DNA of 59,812 bases from NCBI GenBank assembly GCA_017547545.1, contig JAFYPJ010000027.1, forward strand, positions 1 through 59,812. Direction: 5' to 3'. The notes below the pieces were generated by a model. The model ran no database searches, had not been told where the DNA came from, and worked only from the letters and a program-made list of their open reading frames with translations. Numbering within the stretch: position 1 is the first letter of the stretch; each line of letters opens with the position of its first letter. This DNA comes from Clostridia bacterium. Its GTDB lineage: Bacteria > Bacillota > Clostridia > Oscillospirales > CAG-272. Shown in pieces: positions 1 through 9,059 of this stretch. The position numbers were made by a program, and so were the translations under genes.

Positions 1-1578
1 TCCTGTTTTCTTTCCTCAGGTATAACAATGATCCTCAGCTGGATAAATTACTATAAATTTCTTTTCCGTAACGATCCTTTTCTTTTCGGAGATATTGCCA
101 TAGCCGGAGAAGCAAAGGTAATGACACAAAGCTATAAAGTGGTTTTAACTCCTCTTATCATTGCAATAATGGTATTGATAGTGATATTTTCCGTAATAAT
201 GCTGTTTTATTTCAGAGTACCCATAAAAAGAGTGATGCCCAGAATAATACTTGTACTCCTTGCTTTACTTGTAGGAAATTACGGTTTTATACACATATAT
301 CTTAACGAGGACATATATGCCGAAGCTCTTGATGTTGAATTTATTCAGATGTGGGCGCCAAATGATCAGTTTATATCAAGAGGCTTTTTGTACCCATTCA
401 TCTACAGCACTCAAACCGCCTTTGACAGGGCTCCCGAAGGTTATAATGAGAATGAAGTAAAGGATATCCTTTCTGCTTATACATATGCAGATATTCCCGA
501 GGATAAAAAGGTAAACATAATAAGCGTTATGCTTGAATCCTGGGGGGATCTTTCAAAGTTTGACTGTATTGAATTTGAAAATGATCCCTATGAAATTTTA
601 GAACCTCTTTATGAAAAGGGGTACAGCGGTGAGCTTGTTACCGATATATTTGCCGCAGGAACCGTAACAAGTGAGCGTCAGTTCTTAACGGGAAGCTCAA
701 GTAGCGGTGAATACAGAATGGCAACCAATTCCTATGTTTGGTATTTCAAGGAACAGGGGTATAAAGTAGAAGGCGGTCATCCAAGCTATCCATGGTTTTA
801 CAACAGAAAAAACATAAATATGAATCTTGGATTTGACGATTATTATTTTGACGACGACCACTATATGGCACTTAATGAAGGTCAGCGTCTTGCCGATAAT
901 ATGATTGTATTTCAGGATTTGATGGATATGTTTGACAAAACTGTTGAAAAGGGAGAATATTATTTCAATTTCAGCGTTACATATCAGAGTCACGGTCCCT
1001 ACGGTTACAATGTAGGTTATGAATCTCCCTATATTGTAAATAAGGGATACAGCGATGATATTTTCAATAATGTAAATAATTATCTGAGCTGTATGGATGC
1101 CACCAACAGATCTGTGGTTTGGCTGGCAAATCGGGTGTTTGAAAGACAGGAACCGGTGGTGCTTATATTGTTCGGAGACCATATGCCCGGCTTGGGTGAA
1201 AATAATTCGGGCTATCATGAGCTTGGAATCAATATAGATCTTTCAAGTGAGGAAGGCTTTAAGAACTATTATTCCACCCCCTATCTGATTATTGCAAATG
1301 ATGCGGCAAAGGAAAAACTCGGCTGTGATTTTTCAGGAAAAGGTCCTGCAATAGCTCCGTATTTTCTTATGACGGAATTCTTTGAGCTTGCAGGCTACAA
1401 GGGTGATGAGTTTGCCCAGTATGTAGCGGATGCTTCCGAAAAATATGATGTGTATCACAGTGCAGGTCTTATATTTAAGGATGGGGCTGTAGTTTATGAT
1501 ACTGCCGCTTCTGATGTTGTAAATGAATTGCGCAAGGTTGAATACTATAGGAGAAACAACTTCAGTTACGCAGATTAA
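1..1578 (+). CDS. LTA-synthase/sulfatase-family membrane protein, 5' end probably off-window
   Basis: The frame is open from nt 1 (track ATG at 28). Hydrophobic helices (LTPLIIAIMVLIVIFSVIMLFYF, IILVLLALLVGNYGF) are followed by an alkaline-phosphatase-like ectodomain with the LtaS-type LILFGDHMPGLG motif. Confidence 0.65.
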   Translation, partial: SCFLSSGITMILSWINYYKFLFRNDPFLFGDIAIAGEAKVMTQSYKVVLTPLIIAIMVLIVIFSVIMLFYFRVPIKRVMPRIILVLLALLVGNYGFIHIYLNEDIYAEALDVEFIQMWAPNDQFISRGFLYPFIYSTQTAFDRAPEGYNENEVKDILSAYTYADIPEDKKVNIISVMLESWGDLSKFDCIEFENDPYEILEPLYEKGYSGELVTDIFAAGTVTSERQFLTGSSSSGEYRMATNSYVWYFKEQGYKVEGGHPSYPWFYNRKNINMNLGFDDYYFDDDHYMALNEGQRLADNMIVFQDLMDMFDKTVEKGEYYFNFSVTYQSHGPYGYNVGYESPYIVNKGYSDDIFNNVNNYLSCMDATNRSVVWLANRVFERQEPVVLILFGDHMPGLGENNSGYHELGINIDLSSEEGFKNYYSTPYLIIANDAAKEKLGCDFSGKGPAIAPYFLMTEFFELAGYKGDEFAQYVADASEKYDVYHSAGLIFKDGAVVYDTAASDVVNELRKVEYYRRNNFSYAD

Positions 1579-2486
1579 AGTATTAAAGATTTAAAAAGCA
1601 TTTTTCTTATTGAAACATATATCGGAATAAGATCGCTTGGCGGCAGAGGGTTTTCACCTCTGCCGCATTCTATTGTATAGGCAGGGAGTTTAAAGGTGTT
1701 TACATACCAATCCTTCAAGCCGCCGTAAGAGGCGGCTTTTTCTTTTGGAAGAGTGTGGGTGTATCCGGAATATAAAGCGAGCATTTTTGCCGCACGAACA
1801 CTTCCTTTAGGTTCAAAACCGTTGTAACCCGAATATATCTCCTCTCCTTGGCTATGGAAAGAAAACAGATATTTAAAGGGGGAAATAACACGGATAAAAT
1901 TACACAAGGCTGCAGTTTCGGGTTCGCTTTCGGGATATTCGCCTGAAAAACGCTGTGAACAGGGTGTACTGATGCCCATTTCCTTTTCAAGCTCTTTGTA
2001 TTCGTAAAATCCTGCATCATAATTGTGGTTAAGGTCAACCCCTCTTATGTTTGCCTGCCATTTGGAAAAATCCGTACCGTTATTCATTTTGATAAGTCTT
2101 TGATAAAGCGGCATTTCCTCATTTGCTCCGTGTATGTACAGCTCAACACCGTCGGGATTCAGCATGGGGACCATGTAAATACACCGTGTTCGGAATATGT
2201 ACTCAGGATCTATTCCGTATATTTTTGTTCCTGTTTTTATACAGCAACAGAGCTCCTCTAAAAATTTCAACAGTATTCCCGATGTTATATGCTCTGCACC
2301 GTGGTGGCAGCCCACATACAGAAGATTTGTTTTTCCTGTTCCTATCCTTACTGCGGGTATCGGTTTGCCCAAAACCGAGCTCCCCAAAGTTGTCATAAAC
2401 AGTATCGGGTTATCGGTGGCAATGCGGTTAAGAGTGTTGATAACAAAGTTGTGGTCTGTTGGAGTATGATATATCTTCTTGTTCAT
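1575..2486 (-). CDS. M14-family zinc carboxypeptidase (gamma-D-glutamyl-meso-diaminopimelate peptidase-like)
   Basis: Track ORF 1575..2618 trimmed to the ATG at 2486 (MNKKIYHTP), which has AAGGAG 5 nt upstream. Zn-ligand motifs HHGAEH (HxxE) and FHSQGEE are present, plus MLNPDGVE and DLNHNYD. Confidence 0.75.
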   Translation of the reverse strand: MNKKIYHTPTDHNFVINTLNRIATDNPILFMTTLGSSVLGKPIPAVRIGTGKTNLLYVGCHHGAEHITSGILLKFLEELCCCIKTGTKIYGIDPEYIFRTRCIYMVPMLNPDGVELYIHGANEEMPLYQRLIKMNNGTDFSKWQANIRGVDLNHNYDAGFYEYKELEKEMGISTPCSQRFSGEYPESEPETAALCNFIRVISPFKYLFSFHSQGEEIYSGYNGFEPKGSVRAAKMLALYSGYTHTLPKEKAASYGGLKDWYVNTFKLPAYTIECGRGENPLPPSDLIPIYVSIRKMLFKSLIL

Positions 2487-2542
2487 ATTTTCTCCTTGGA
2501 GTTTTGTTTTATATATATGCAGAATAATAAAAAAATAAACTA

Positions 2543-2556
2543 CGAACATTTGTTTG
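2543..2556 (+). promoter_or_regulatory. LexA operator (Cheo/SOS box) CGAACATTTGTTTG
   Basis: One mismatch to the Gram-positive GAAC-N4-GTTC core. It lies 57 nt upstream of lexA and overlaps the -35 hexamer. Confidence 0.7.
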
Positions 2557-2582
2557 ACAATTTTGATAGTATATGTTATAAT
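2554..2582 (+). promoter_or_regulatory. sigma-A-type promoter of lexA (TTGACA-17-TATAAT)
   Basis: Perfect -35 TTGACA at 2554-2559 and perfect -10 TATAAT at 2577-2582, with a 17-nt spacer. Confidence 0.7.
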
Positions 2583-2612
2583 GATATAAAATGTTGTTGA
2601 AAGGGGTTTGTT

Positions 2613-3221
2613 ATGCAACCGTTAACCGCCAAGGAACAAAAGGTATATGATTATATATTTGAAACCATCAACCGTGAAGGCTTTTCTCCAAGCATACGCG
2701 ATATTCAGATGAATGTGGGTATAAAAAGCACATCTACCGTTCATGCATATCTTTCAAAATTGGAGGAAAAAGGATATATAAATAAAGAAGGGAAAAAGAG
2801 CAGAAGTGTTCGCTTGGGCGGAGCAAGACCTCAAAACCGTCAAAGCACCAAGGTGCCGATATTGGGCAAGGTTACAGCCGGAATGCCTATTTTGGCGGTA
2901 GAAAATTTTGAGGGTTTTTTGGAATTTCCTCTTTTAAACCGTTCTTACGGGCATAACGAACTGTTTGCATTGCGTGTTTCGGGTGAAAGTATGATAGAAG
3001 CGGGTATTCTTGACGGGGATATCGTTGTTATCAGAAAGGAACAGTATGCGGAGAACGGGGAGATAGTTGTTGCACTTTTGGAGGACGAAGCAACGGTTAA
3101 AACATTTTATAAAGAAAACGGACACTATCGTCTTCAGCCTGAAAATCCAACAATGGATCCGATTATAACTGACGAAGTATATATTCTCGGTAAAGTAGTC
3201 AGCGTTATCAGATATTATTAA
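2613..3221 (+). CDS. lexA: LexA transcriptional repressor (S24 self-cleaving)
   Basis: N-terminal winged HTH (SIRDIQMNVGIKSTSTVHAYLSKLEEKGYI), Ala-Gly cleavage site (VTAGMP), catalytic Ser (SGESM) and Lys (VVIRK). Confidence 0.95.
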   Translation: MQPLTAKEQKVYDYIFETINREGFSPSIRDIQMNVGIKSTSTVHAYLSKLEEKGYINKEGKKSRSVRLGGARPQNRQSTKVPILGKVTAGMPILAVENFEGFLEFPLLNRSYGHNELFALRVSGESMIEAGILDGDIVVIRKEQYAENGEIVVALLEDEATVKTFYKENGHYRLQPENPTMDPIITDEVYILGKVVSVIRYY

Positions 3222-3236
3222 AATGTTGTTTTTTTA

Positions 3237-3265
3237 TTGACTTTAAATAAGTATTATATTATAAT
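3237..3265 (+). promoter_or_regulatory. candidate sigma-A promoter TTGACT-17-TATAAT
   Basis: TTGACT at 3237-3242 and TATAAT at 3260-3265, 40 nt upstream of the ATG at 3306. Confidence 0.45.
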
Positions 3266-3305
3266 AATGCTATCTAATAAAATCAAAATACGGAGGTATT
3301 TAATT

Positions 3306-4385
3306 ATGGATAAAGTTAGAGTGGGCATAATCGGTTGCGGCGGTATAGCAAACGGTAAGCATATGCCTTCACTTGCACAGGTTAAAGAGTGCGAAATGGT
3401 TGCTTTCTGCGATATCGTTGTAGAAAAAGCAGAGGCTGCTGCAAAGAAGTTTGGCGCAGAAGGTGCAAAGGTTTACGCAGATTACAAAGAACTTCTTGAA
3501 GATAAGACCATTGATGTTGTACATGTGTGTACACCTAACCGTTCACACAGCTTTATTACGGTTGATGCGCTTGAGGCAGGCAAGCATGTTATGTGTGAAA
3601 AGCCTATGGCAATCAACACAGTAGAAGCTCAGAAAATGATAGATGCTGCAAAGCGTACAGGAAAGAAACTTACTATCGGTTATCAGAACAGACACCGTCC
3701 CGATTCTCTCTATATGAAGCAGGAAGCTATGGACGGAACATTTGGTGAGATCTATTATGCCAAGGCTATTGCGCTTCGCCGCAGAGCAGTTCCTACCTGG
3801 GGTGTGTTCCTTAACGAATACGAACAGGGCGGCGGTCCTCTTATTGATATCGGTACTCACGCGCTTGACCTTACCCTCTGGATGATGGATAATTACAAGC
3901 CCAAGTGTTGTCTCGGTACTACATATCACAAGCTTAACAAGGATACACAAACAGGTAACGCATGGGGAGACTGGGATACAGAAGCATTCACAGTTGAAGA
4001 TTCTGCTTTCGGTTTCATTGTAATGGAAAACGGTGCTACCATCAATCTTGAATCCTCTTGGGCTCTTAACAAGCTTGATTCAAGAGAAGCTATTACCACA
4101 GTATGCGGTACAAATGGCGGCGCTGATATGCTTGACGGTCTTCGTCTTAACGGTGTAAGACACGGCAGAAAGTTTACTACCAAGATCAGCTTTGATGCAG
4201 GTGGAGTTGATTTCTATGAAGGCGGTAACGGTGACGATCCTGCATTCCGTGAAGCAAAGCTTTGGATAGATGCTGTTATCAATGATAAGGCACCCTTTGT
4301 TCTTCCCGAACAGGCATTTGCCATCACCCAGATTCTTGAAGGTATCTACGAGTCTGCAAAGACAGGTACTGTTTACAACTTCTGA
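3306..4385 (+). CDS. Gfo/Idh/MocA-family NAD(P)-dependent oxidoreductase
   Basis: Track ORF trimmed to the ATG at 3306, with GGAGG 9 nt upstream. Rossmann start MDKVRVGIIGCGGIANGKH and the family motif MCEKPMA. Confidence 0.85.
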   Translation: MDKVRVGIIGCGGIANGKHMPSLAQVKECEMVAFCDIVVEKAEAAAKKFGAEGAKVYADYKELLEDKTIDVVHVCTPNRSHSFITVDALEAGKHVMCEKPMAINTVEAQKMIDAAKRTGKKLTIGYQNRHRPDSLYMKQEAMDGTFGEIYYAKAIALRRRAVPTWGVFLNEYEQGGGPLIDIGTHALDLTLWMMDNYKPKCCLGTTYHKLNKDTQTGNAWGDWDTEAFTVEDSAFGFIVMENGATINLESSWALNKLDSREAITTVCGTNGGADMLDGLRLNGVRHGRKFTTKISFDAGGVDFYEGGNGDDPAFREAKLWIDAVINDKAPFVLPEQAFAITQILEGIYESAKTGTVYNF

Positions 4386-4403
4386 TAAAGTGAGGAATTA
4401 CAG

Positions 4404-5372
4404 ATGAAACTCGGTCTTTTAGTTAGCCTTTACAGAAATGAACCCCTTGATGAGGTTCTTTCAAAGATAAAGGAAAAAGGTATAGAAATGATTGAAATCG
4501 CGGCGGGAGGTTACGGTGGAAATGATCATTGTAATCCTGCAGAGCTTTTGGCAGATGAGGAAAAATTCCTTGAATTTTCCCATATCATCGATAAGCACGG
4601 ATTAAAGATCTCTGCATTTTCGGTTCACGGCAATCCCGTGCATCCCAACAAGGAAATTGCAAAGAAGTTTGATGAGGATTACCGTAACTGCGTTCTTTTG
4701 GCAGAGCGTATGGGTGTTGATACTCTTACTCTTTTCTCCGGCTGTCCCGGCGGTTCTCCTGAAGATAAAACCCCCAACTGGGCAACCTGTGCCTGGCCGG
4801 ATGATTTCCTCGCGGTTCTTGATTATCAGTGGAATGAGGTTCTTATTCCTTATTGGAAGGAAGCAGGCGCATTCGCTGTTGCTCACGGAGTAAAGAAACT
4901 TGCTTTTGAAATGCATCCCGGTTTCTGTGTATACAATCCCGAAACCTTGCTTAAATTAAGAGCAGCTGTTGGTCCTGTTATCGGATGCAATTTCGATCCC
5001 TCTCATATCGTATGGCAGGGAATGGATCCTGTTGCCGCTATTCGCGAGCTTGAGGGCGCTATATATCATTGTCATGCAAAGGATACAAAGGTTGATAAAT
5101 ATAATACAGCAAAGAACGGTGTTCTTGATACCAAGCATTATAGCGATGAATTGCACCGTGCATGGGTATTCCGTTCTGTTGGTTACGGTAACGATATGAC
5201 CTATTGGCGTGATATGATAAGCAATCTTCGTTTAACAGGCTATGATTATGTAATGTCTATTGAGCATGAAGACAGCGTAATGAGTATAGATGAAGGCTTT
5301 GATAAAGCAGTATACTTCTTAAAACAGGCTATAATAAAAGAAGAAAAGCCCACCAGCATGGCTTGGGCATAA
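4404..5372 (+). CDS. sugar phosphate isomerase/epimerase (xylose-isomerase-like TIM barrel)
   Basis: 322 aa, 18 nt after the oxidoreductase gene. Typical AP-endonuclease-2/xylose-isomerase-like pattern (FEMHPG, NFDPSH, SIEHED metal-ligand-type motifs). Confidence 0.75.
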   Translation: MKLGLLVSLYRNEPLDEVLSKIKEKGIEMIEIAAGGYGGNDHCNPAELLADEEKFLEFSHIIDKHGLKISAFSVHGNPVHPNKEIAKKFDEDYRNCVLLAERMGVDTLTLFSGCPGGSPEDKTPNWATCAWPDDFLAVLDYQWNEVLIPYWKEAGAFAVAHGVKKLAFEMHPGFCVYNPETLLKLRAAVGPVIGCNFDPSHIVWQGMDPVAAIRELEGAIYHCHAKDTKVDKYNTAKNGVLDTKHYSDELHRAWVFRSVGYGNDMTYWRDMISNLRLTGYDYVMSIEHEDSVMSIDEGFDKAVYFLKQAIIKEEKPTSMAWA

Positions 5373-5467
5373 CGCTTGCAGAATTTGAAAAACGATGTGA
5401 ATGTGGACCCCAAAACTCGGCAAGATCGTTTCGGGGCATCCCATCGGTTTTCGCGGAAAAGTGTGAA

Positions 5468-5501
5468 AAAGTGGTGTGAATTCGACATTCGCACCACTTT
5501 T
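5468..5501 (+). terminator. hairpin terminator candidate after the isomerase gene
   Basis: AAAGTGGTG...CACCACTTT stem, extendable through TGAAT/ATTCG, followed by only a short T run. Confidence 0.45.
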
Positions 5502-5618
5502 GAGTACTTGTTTAACTATATTGGGAGTTATTATTTTAAAATCTTATTTGTTTTTGAAGGTGAATCAAACTTATTATAGTTTTTCTTTCACATTCCCGAC
5601 AGTTTTTTTAACAGCCTT

Positions 5619-5642
5619 AAGCATCCTTCGGGATGCTTTTTT
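5619..5642 (+). terminator. rho-independent terminator
   Basis: AAGCATCC-TTCG-GGATGCTT tetraloop hairpin whose 3' arm runs directly into a 6-T run (TTTTTT, 5637-5642). Confidence 0.75.
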
Positions 5643-5647
5643 GATGA

Positions 5648-5676
5648 TTGACACAACCTTTATTATATGATAAAAT
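5648..5676 (+). promoter_or_regulatory. sigma-A promoter with extended -10 (TTGACA-17-TGaTAAAAT)
   Basis: TTGACA at 5648-5653, TG at 5668-5669 and TAAAAT at 5671-5676. It lies directly after the terminator and 32 nt before the ATG at 5708. Confidence 0.55.
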
Positions 5677-5707
5677 TAAATAACGAAACTCAAAAAGGAG
5701 TATATTT

Positions 5708-7762
5708 ATGGATCAGAAATACAAGGCTCTGTTTACCCCTTGGAAGATAGGTAATGTAGAGATAAAAAACCGAATTGTTTTGTGCCCCACGGGCGGTACA
5801 TCCTTATTTGGTTGGTTTGAGCTTACCGGCTGTCATTTTGATAAGGAAGCGGCAAATCATTTTCTCAAAAGAGCTCAAAATAATGTTGGACTTATTATTC
5901 CCGGAATTGCACCGTTGCGTGACACCTTTTGGGGAAAATGGCTTTGGCAAAATCCGAAAATGTTTGAAGAACTCAAGGAATATATGGACGAGATACACAA
6001 AACCGGAGCCAAGCTGTTTGTTCAGCTTACTGCCGGTATGGGCCGTTCCTGGGCAATCACAGAGCTTGTTGCACCGCTGCATAAAAACAAGCTTACGCGT
6101 GCACTTATCAAACCCATTATTGATACCAACCATGAGTTGGCATCCCCTTCAGCTCAGAAATCCCGTTGGGCGCACGATATCGAGTGCCCTGAAATGACAA
6201 TAGAACAGATTCACGAAATTATTGAGGCCTTTGCAAAAACCGCCAAGCTCTGCAAGGATGCAGGAGTTGACGGTGTTGAAATACATGCTGTTCATGAGGG
6301 TTATCTCCTGGATCAGTTTGCTATTGAATTTTTCAATAAGCGTACCGATGAATACGGCGGAAGCTTTGAAAACCGCTACCGTTTCGCAGCAGAGATAGTA
6401 AAGGAGATCAAAAAGGTATGCGGTGATGATTACCCTGTTTCTCTGCGTTATTCGGTAGAATCCAAGCTGAAGGATTTTTGCTACGGTGCAATGCCGGGTG
6501 AAGAGTATACCGAGGTAGGCAGAGCTATGGCAGAAAGCGAAAGGGCTGTTAAATATTTGCAGGATGCAGGCTATGATATGCTTAATGCCGATAACGGTAC
6601 ATATGACTCCTGGTATTGGGCGCATCCTCCGATGTATATGCCGGAAAACTGCAACCTTGAGGATGTAGCACATATTAAGAAATTTGTTGATATACCCGTT
6701 GTTTGTGCCGGCAGAATGGATATTGATGTTGGTGCAAAGGCTGTGGAAGAAGGGGCAATTGATGCTGTTGGTGTTGCCCGTCAGTTCCTTACAGACGGTG
6801 AATGGGTTACAAAGGTTATAGAAGACAGATTGGAGGATATCAAGCCCTGTATCTGCTGTCATAGTGCCTGCTTTAATTTTTCATCCTCCAAAGGGCATGC
6901 AAATACTCAGGATCTCAAGGATACTATGGGACTTTCGCGTTGCGCGCTTAACCCCGAAACGATGCAGTCTGAAAAATATTTTATTAAACCTGCAAAGAAA
7001 CAGAAGAATATTGCAGTTGTTGGCGGCGGTATAGGCGGTATGGAAGCGGCTATTCTTTGTGCAAAACGCGGGCACAAGGTTACTCTTTACGAAAAGAGTA
7101 ATAAATTGGGCGGTGTGTTTGTAGCTGCGGCTGCTCCCGATTTTAAGGAAAAAGATAAGGCTCTTATTGCATGGTATATCCGTGAGCTTGCAAAGTACCC
7201 TATTACAGTAAAGATGAATACCAAGGTGAAGGATGTAAAAGCTCTGTGTGTCGATGAGGTTATTGTTGCAACCGGTGCTGTGGCAAAAAGTATGCCCGTG
7301 AAGGGTGTGGACAGAGCAATAGAGGCTATAGATTATTTGCTTGGCCATAAAGCTGTTGGTGAAAAGGTAGTTGTTATCGGTGGAGGTCTTACAGGCTGTG
7401 AAATTGCTTACGATCTGTATCTCAAGGGCAAAAAGCCTGTAATTGTTGAGATGCAGGACGATCTTATTACAACACCCGGTATCTGTCTTGCAAATACAAG
7501 CTATCTCCGCGATTTCTTTAAGACCAACAAGGTTCCCGTTTATCTCGAAACTGCACTCTCGGAAATAGGAAACGAAAGTGTTACATTAAAGAGCAAGGCA
7601 GGAGAGAGTGTTTGCGTGGATGCCGATTCTGTAATTCTTTGTGTTGGTTATAAGCCCGATCCTATTGCAACCAAGGGCGTTCATGTTATAGGTGATGCAA
7701 AGAGCGTAGGTAACCTGCGTACTGTTATATGGCAGGCATGGGATGTTGCCATGAAGCTTTAA
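5708..7762 (+). CDS. FMN/4Fe-4S/FAD enoate reductase / 2,4-dienoyl-CoA reductase-family oxidoreductase
   Basis: 684 aa. The N-terminus is an Old-Yellow-Enzyme TIM barrel (FTPWKIGNVEIKNRIVLCP, GVEIHAVHEGYLLDQF). A 4Fe-4S motif follows (CICCHSAC...RCALNP), then a dinucleotide fold IAVVGGGIGGMEAAI. Confidence 0.85.
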   Translation: MDQKYKALFTPWKIGNVEIKNRIVLCPTGGTSLFGWFELTGCHFDKEAANHFLKRAQNNVGLIIPGIAPLRDTFWGKWLWQNPKMFEELKEYMDEIHKTGAKLFVQLTAGMGRSWAITELVAPLHKNKLTRALIKPIIDTNHELASPSAQKSRWAHDIECPEMTIEQIHEIIEAFAKTAKLCKDAGVDGVEIHAVHEGYLLDQFAIEFFNKRTDEYGGSFENRYRFAAEIVKEIKKVCGDDYPVSLRYSVESKLKDFCYGAMPGEEYTEVGRAMAESERAVKYLQDAGYDMLNADNGTYDSWYWAHPPMYMPENCNLEDVAHIKKFVDIPVVCAGRMDIDVGAKAVEEGAIDAVGVARQFLTDGEWVTKVIEDRLEDIKPCICCHSACFNFSSSKGHANTQDLKDTMGLSRCALNPETMQSEKYFIKPAKKQKNIAVVGGGIGGMEAAILCAKRGHKVTLYEKSNKLGGVFVAAAAPDFKEKDKALIAWYIRELAKYPITVKMNTKVKDVKALCVDEVIVATGAVAKSMPVKGVDRAIEAIDYLLGHKAVGEKVVVIGGGLTGCEIAYDLYLKGKKPVIVEMQDDLITTPGICLANTSYLRDFFKTNKVPVYLETALSEIGNESVTLKSKAGESVCVDADSVILCVGYKPDPIATKGVHVIGDAKSVGNLRTVIWQAWDVAMKL

Positions 7763-7775
7763 GGAGAAATAAAAA

Positions 7776-9059
7776 ATGATGAAATTAACCGATGAACAAA
7801 AGAAAATATTAGATGGCGAAAAGGGCGAAACTCTTGCAAAGGTTATGAAAACTCTTGTTAATTACGGTGAGATCTTCGGGGCAAGTGAGCTTGTTCCGGT
7901 AACAAGTAAGTATAACCACCTTGTTACCTCCTTTGGCTTAAAGGCTCTTGGACCGGTGTACGAGCTTATGAATCAGCTTATTGAAGCGGATGCTACTTCA
8001 ACACAAAAGTTTTCCTGCGATCCCCGTCCCATAGACAAAAATGTTCCGTCTAATTTTCTTCAGAATTTTATATTCAATAACTTTATGTACAGCCGTCAGG
8101 ACTTTTATGAAGGTCAGTTGACCAGCCTTGGTCTTATGGATAAAAATGCCTTCACCTGTGCTTGCTATATGGATGAGGTGGGTAATAAGCCACAAAAGGG
8201 GGAGGTGCTTTCCTGGGCGGAATCCTCTGCAGTGGTGTATGCCAATTCTGTTCTTGGTGCACGGTGCAACCGTAATTCGGGTATTATTGATCTTATGGGT
8301 TCTGTGCTCGGATATGTTCCTAAATTCGGTTTTCTTACCGATGAGGGCAGAAAAGCTACATGGATAGTTGAGATAAAAACCACAAAGAAACCGGAAGCAC
8401 AGCTTTTAGGCTCTGCCATTGGTATGAAGGTTATGGAAGAGGTTCCGTATGTTCGTGGCCTTGATAAATGGCTTGGCAATGAGCTTACCGATGAAGCCTG
8501 TACATATCTTAAAGACTTTGGCGCGGCTACCGCCTCCAACGGTGCGGTTGGTCTTTACCATATAGAAAATCTTACTCCCGAAGCTGTTGAAATGGGTGAG
8601 GAGCTTATAAATGAGGGCGCGCAGACCTATGTTATAGATGATGCGGAGCTTGAAAGAGTTTATAAGAGTTACCCTGTTATCTGGAAAAATGAGAATGCAA
8701 AACCCAAGCTTTGCTTTATGGGTTGCCCTCATATGAGCCTTGAACAGCTTAAATCCTGGACCGATAAGGTTGAAGCGGGACTAAGGAAAAGCGGTAAAAA
8801 GAAGGTGGTTATTCCTACCGTATTTACGGCGGCTCCAGGTGTTCTTGAAGAGTTTAATAAAACCGATTATGCAAAGCGTCTTTCGGATACAGGGGTTATT
8901 ACATCCTATATTTGTCCTCTTATGTATATGAATAATCCTCTTTGCGGTAAAATGCCCGTAATCACTTCAAGTAATAAGTTAAGAACATATACAACTGCAA
9001 GATATTATACCGATGATGAAATACTTGCACAGATCACAAAGGGAGGGAATAATGCATGA
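7776..9059 (+). CDS. aconitase X large (catalytic, DUF521) subunit
   Basis: The N-terminus MKLTDEQKKILDGEKGETLAKVMKTLVNYGEIFGA is typical of DUF521/AcnX. 427 aa, with AAGGAG upstream. Confidence 0.75.
   Translation: MMKLTDEQKKILDGEKGETLAKVMKTLVNYGEIFGASELVPVTSKYNHLVTSFGLKALGPVYELMNQLIEADATSTQKFSCDPRPIDKNVPSNFLQNFIFNNFMYSRQDFYEGQLTSLGLMDKNAFTCACYMDEVGNKPQKGEVLSWAESSAVVYANSVLGARCNRNSGIIDLMGSVLGYVPKFGFLTDEGRKATWIVEIKTTKKPEAQLLGSAIGMKVMEEVPYVRGLDKWLGNELTDEACTYLKDFGAATASNGAVGLYHIENLTPEAVEMGEELINEGAQTYVIDDAELERVYKSYPVIWKNENAKPKLCFMGCPHMSLEQLKSWTDKVEAGLRKSGKKKVVIPTVFTAAPGVLEEFNKTDYAKRLSDTGVITSYICPLMYMNNPLCGKMPVITSSNKLRTYTTARYYTDDEILAQITKGGNNA

Noticed and set aside
2487-2618. N-terminal extensions offered by the ORF track. 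Examples are 2487-2618 for the M14 peptidase, 3237-3305, 9521-9625, 23812-23910, 26265-26342, 34686-34730, 50945-51058 and 52461-52598.
   Set aside because: The extensions run through promoters, terminator hairpins or the preceding gene, and they lack an RBS. Downstream in-frame starts have GGAGG-type sites and reproduce canonical family N-termini, for example MADKRDYY for DnaJ.
5376-5670. Two track ORFs (67 aa and 64 aa) and the ~117-nt spacer between the tandem terminators at 5468 and 5619, considered as small genes or an sRNA.
   Set aside because: The ORFs start at non-ATG codons without an RBS and run through the terminator hairpins. I found no convincing promoter between the hairpins (best is TTGAAG with a 15-nt spacer to TATAGT). 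An sRNA cannot be supported from sequence alone.
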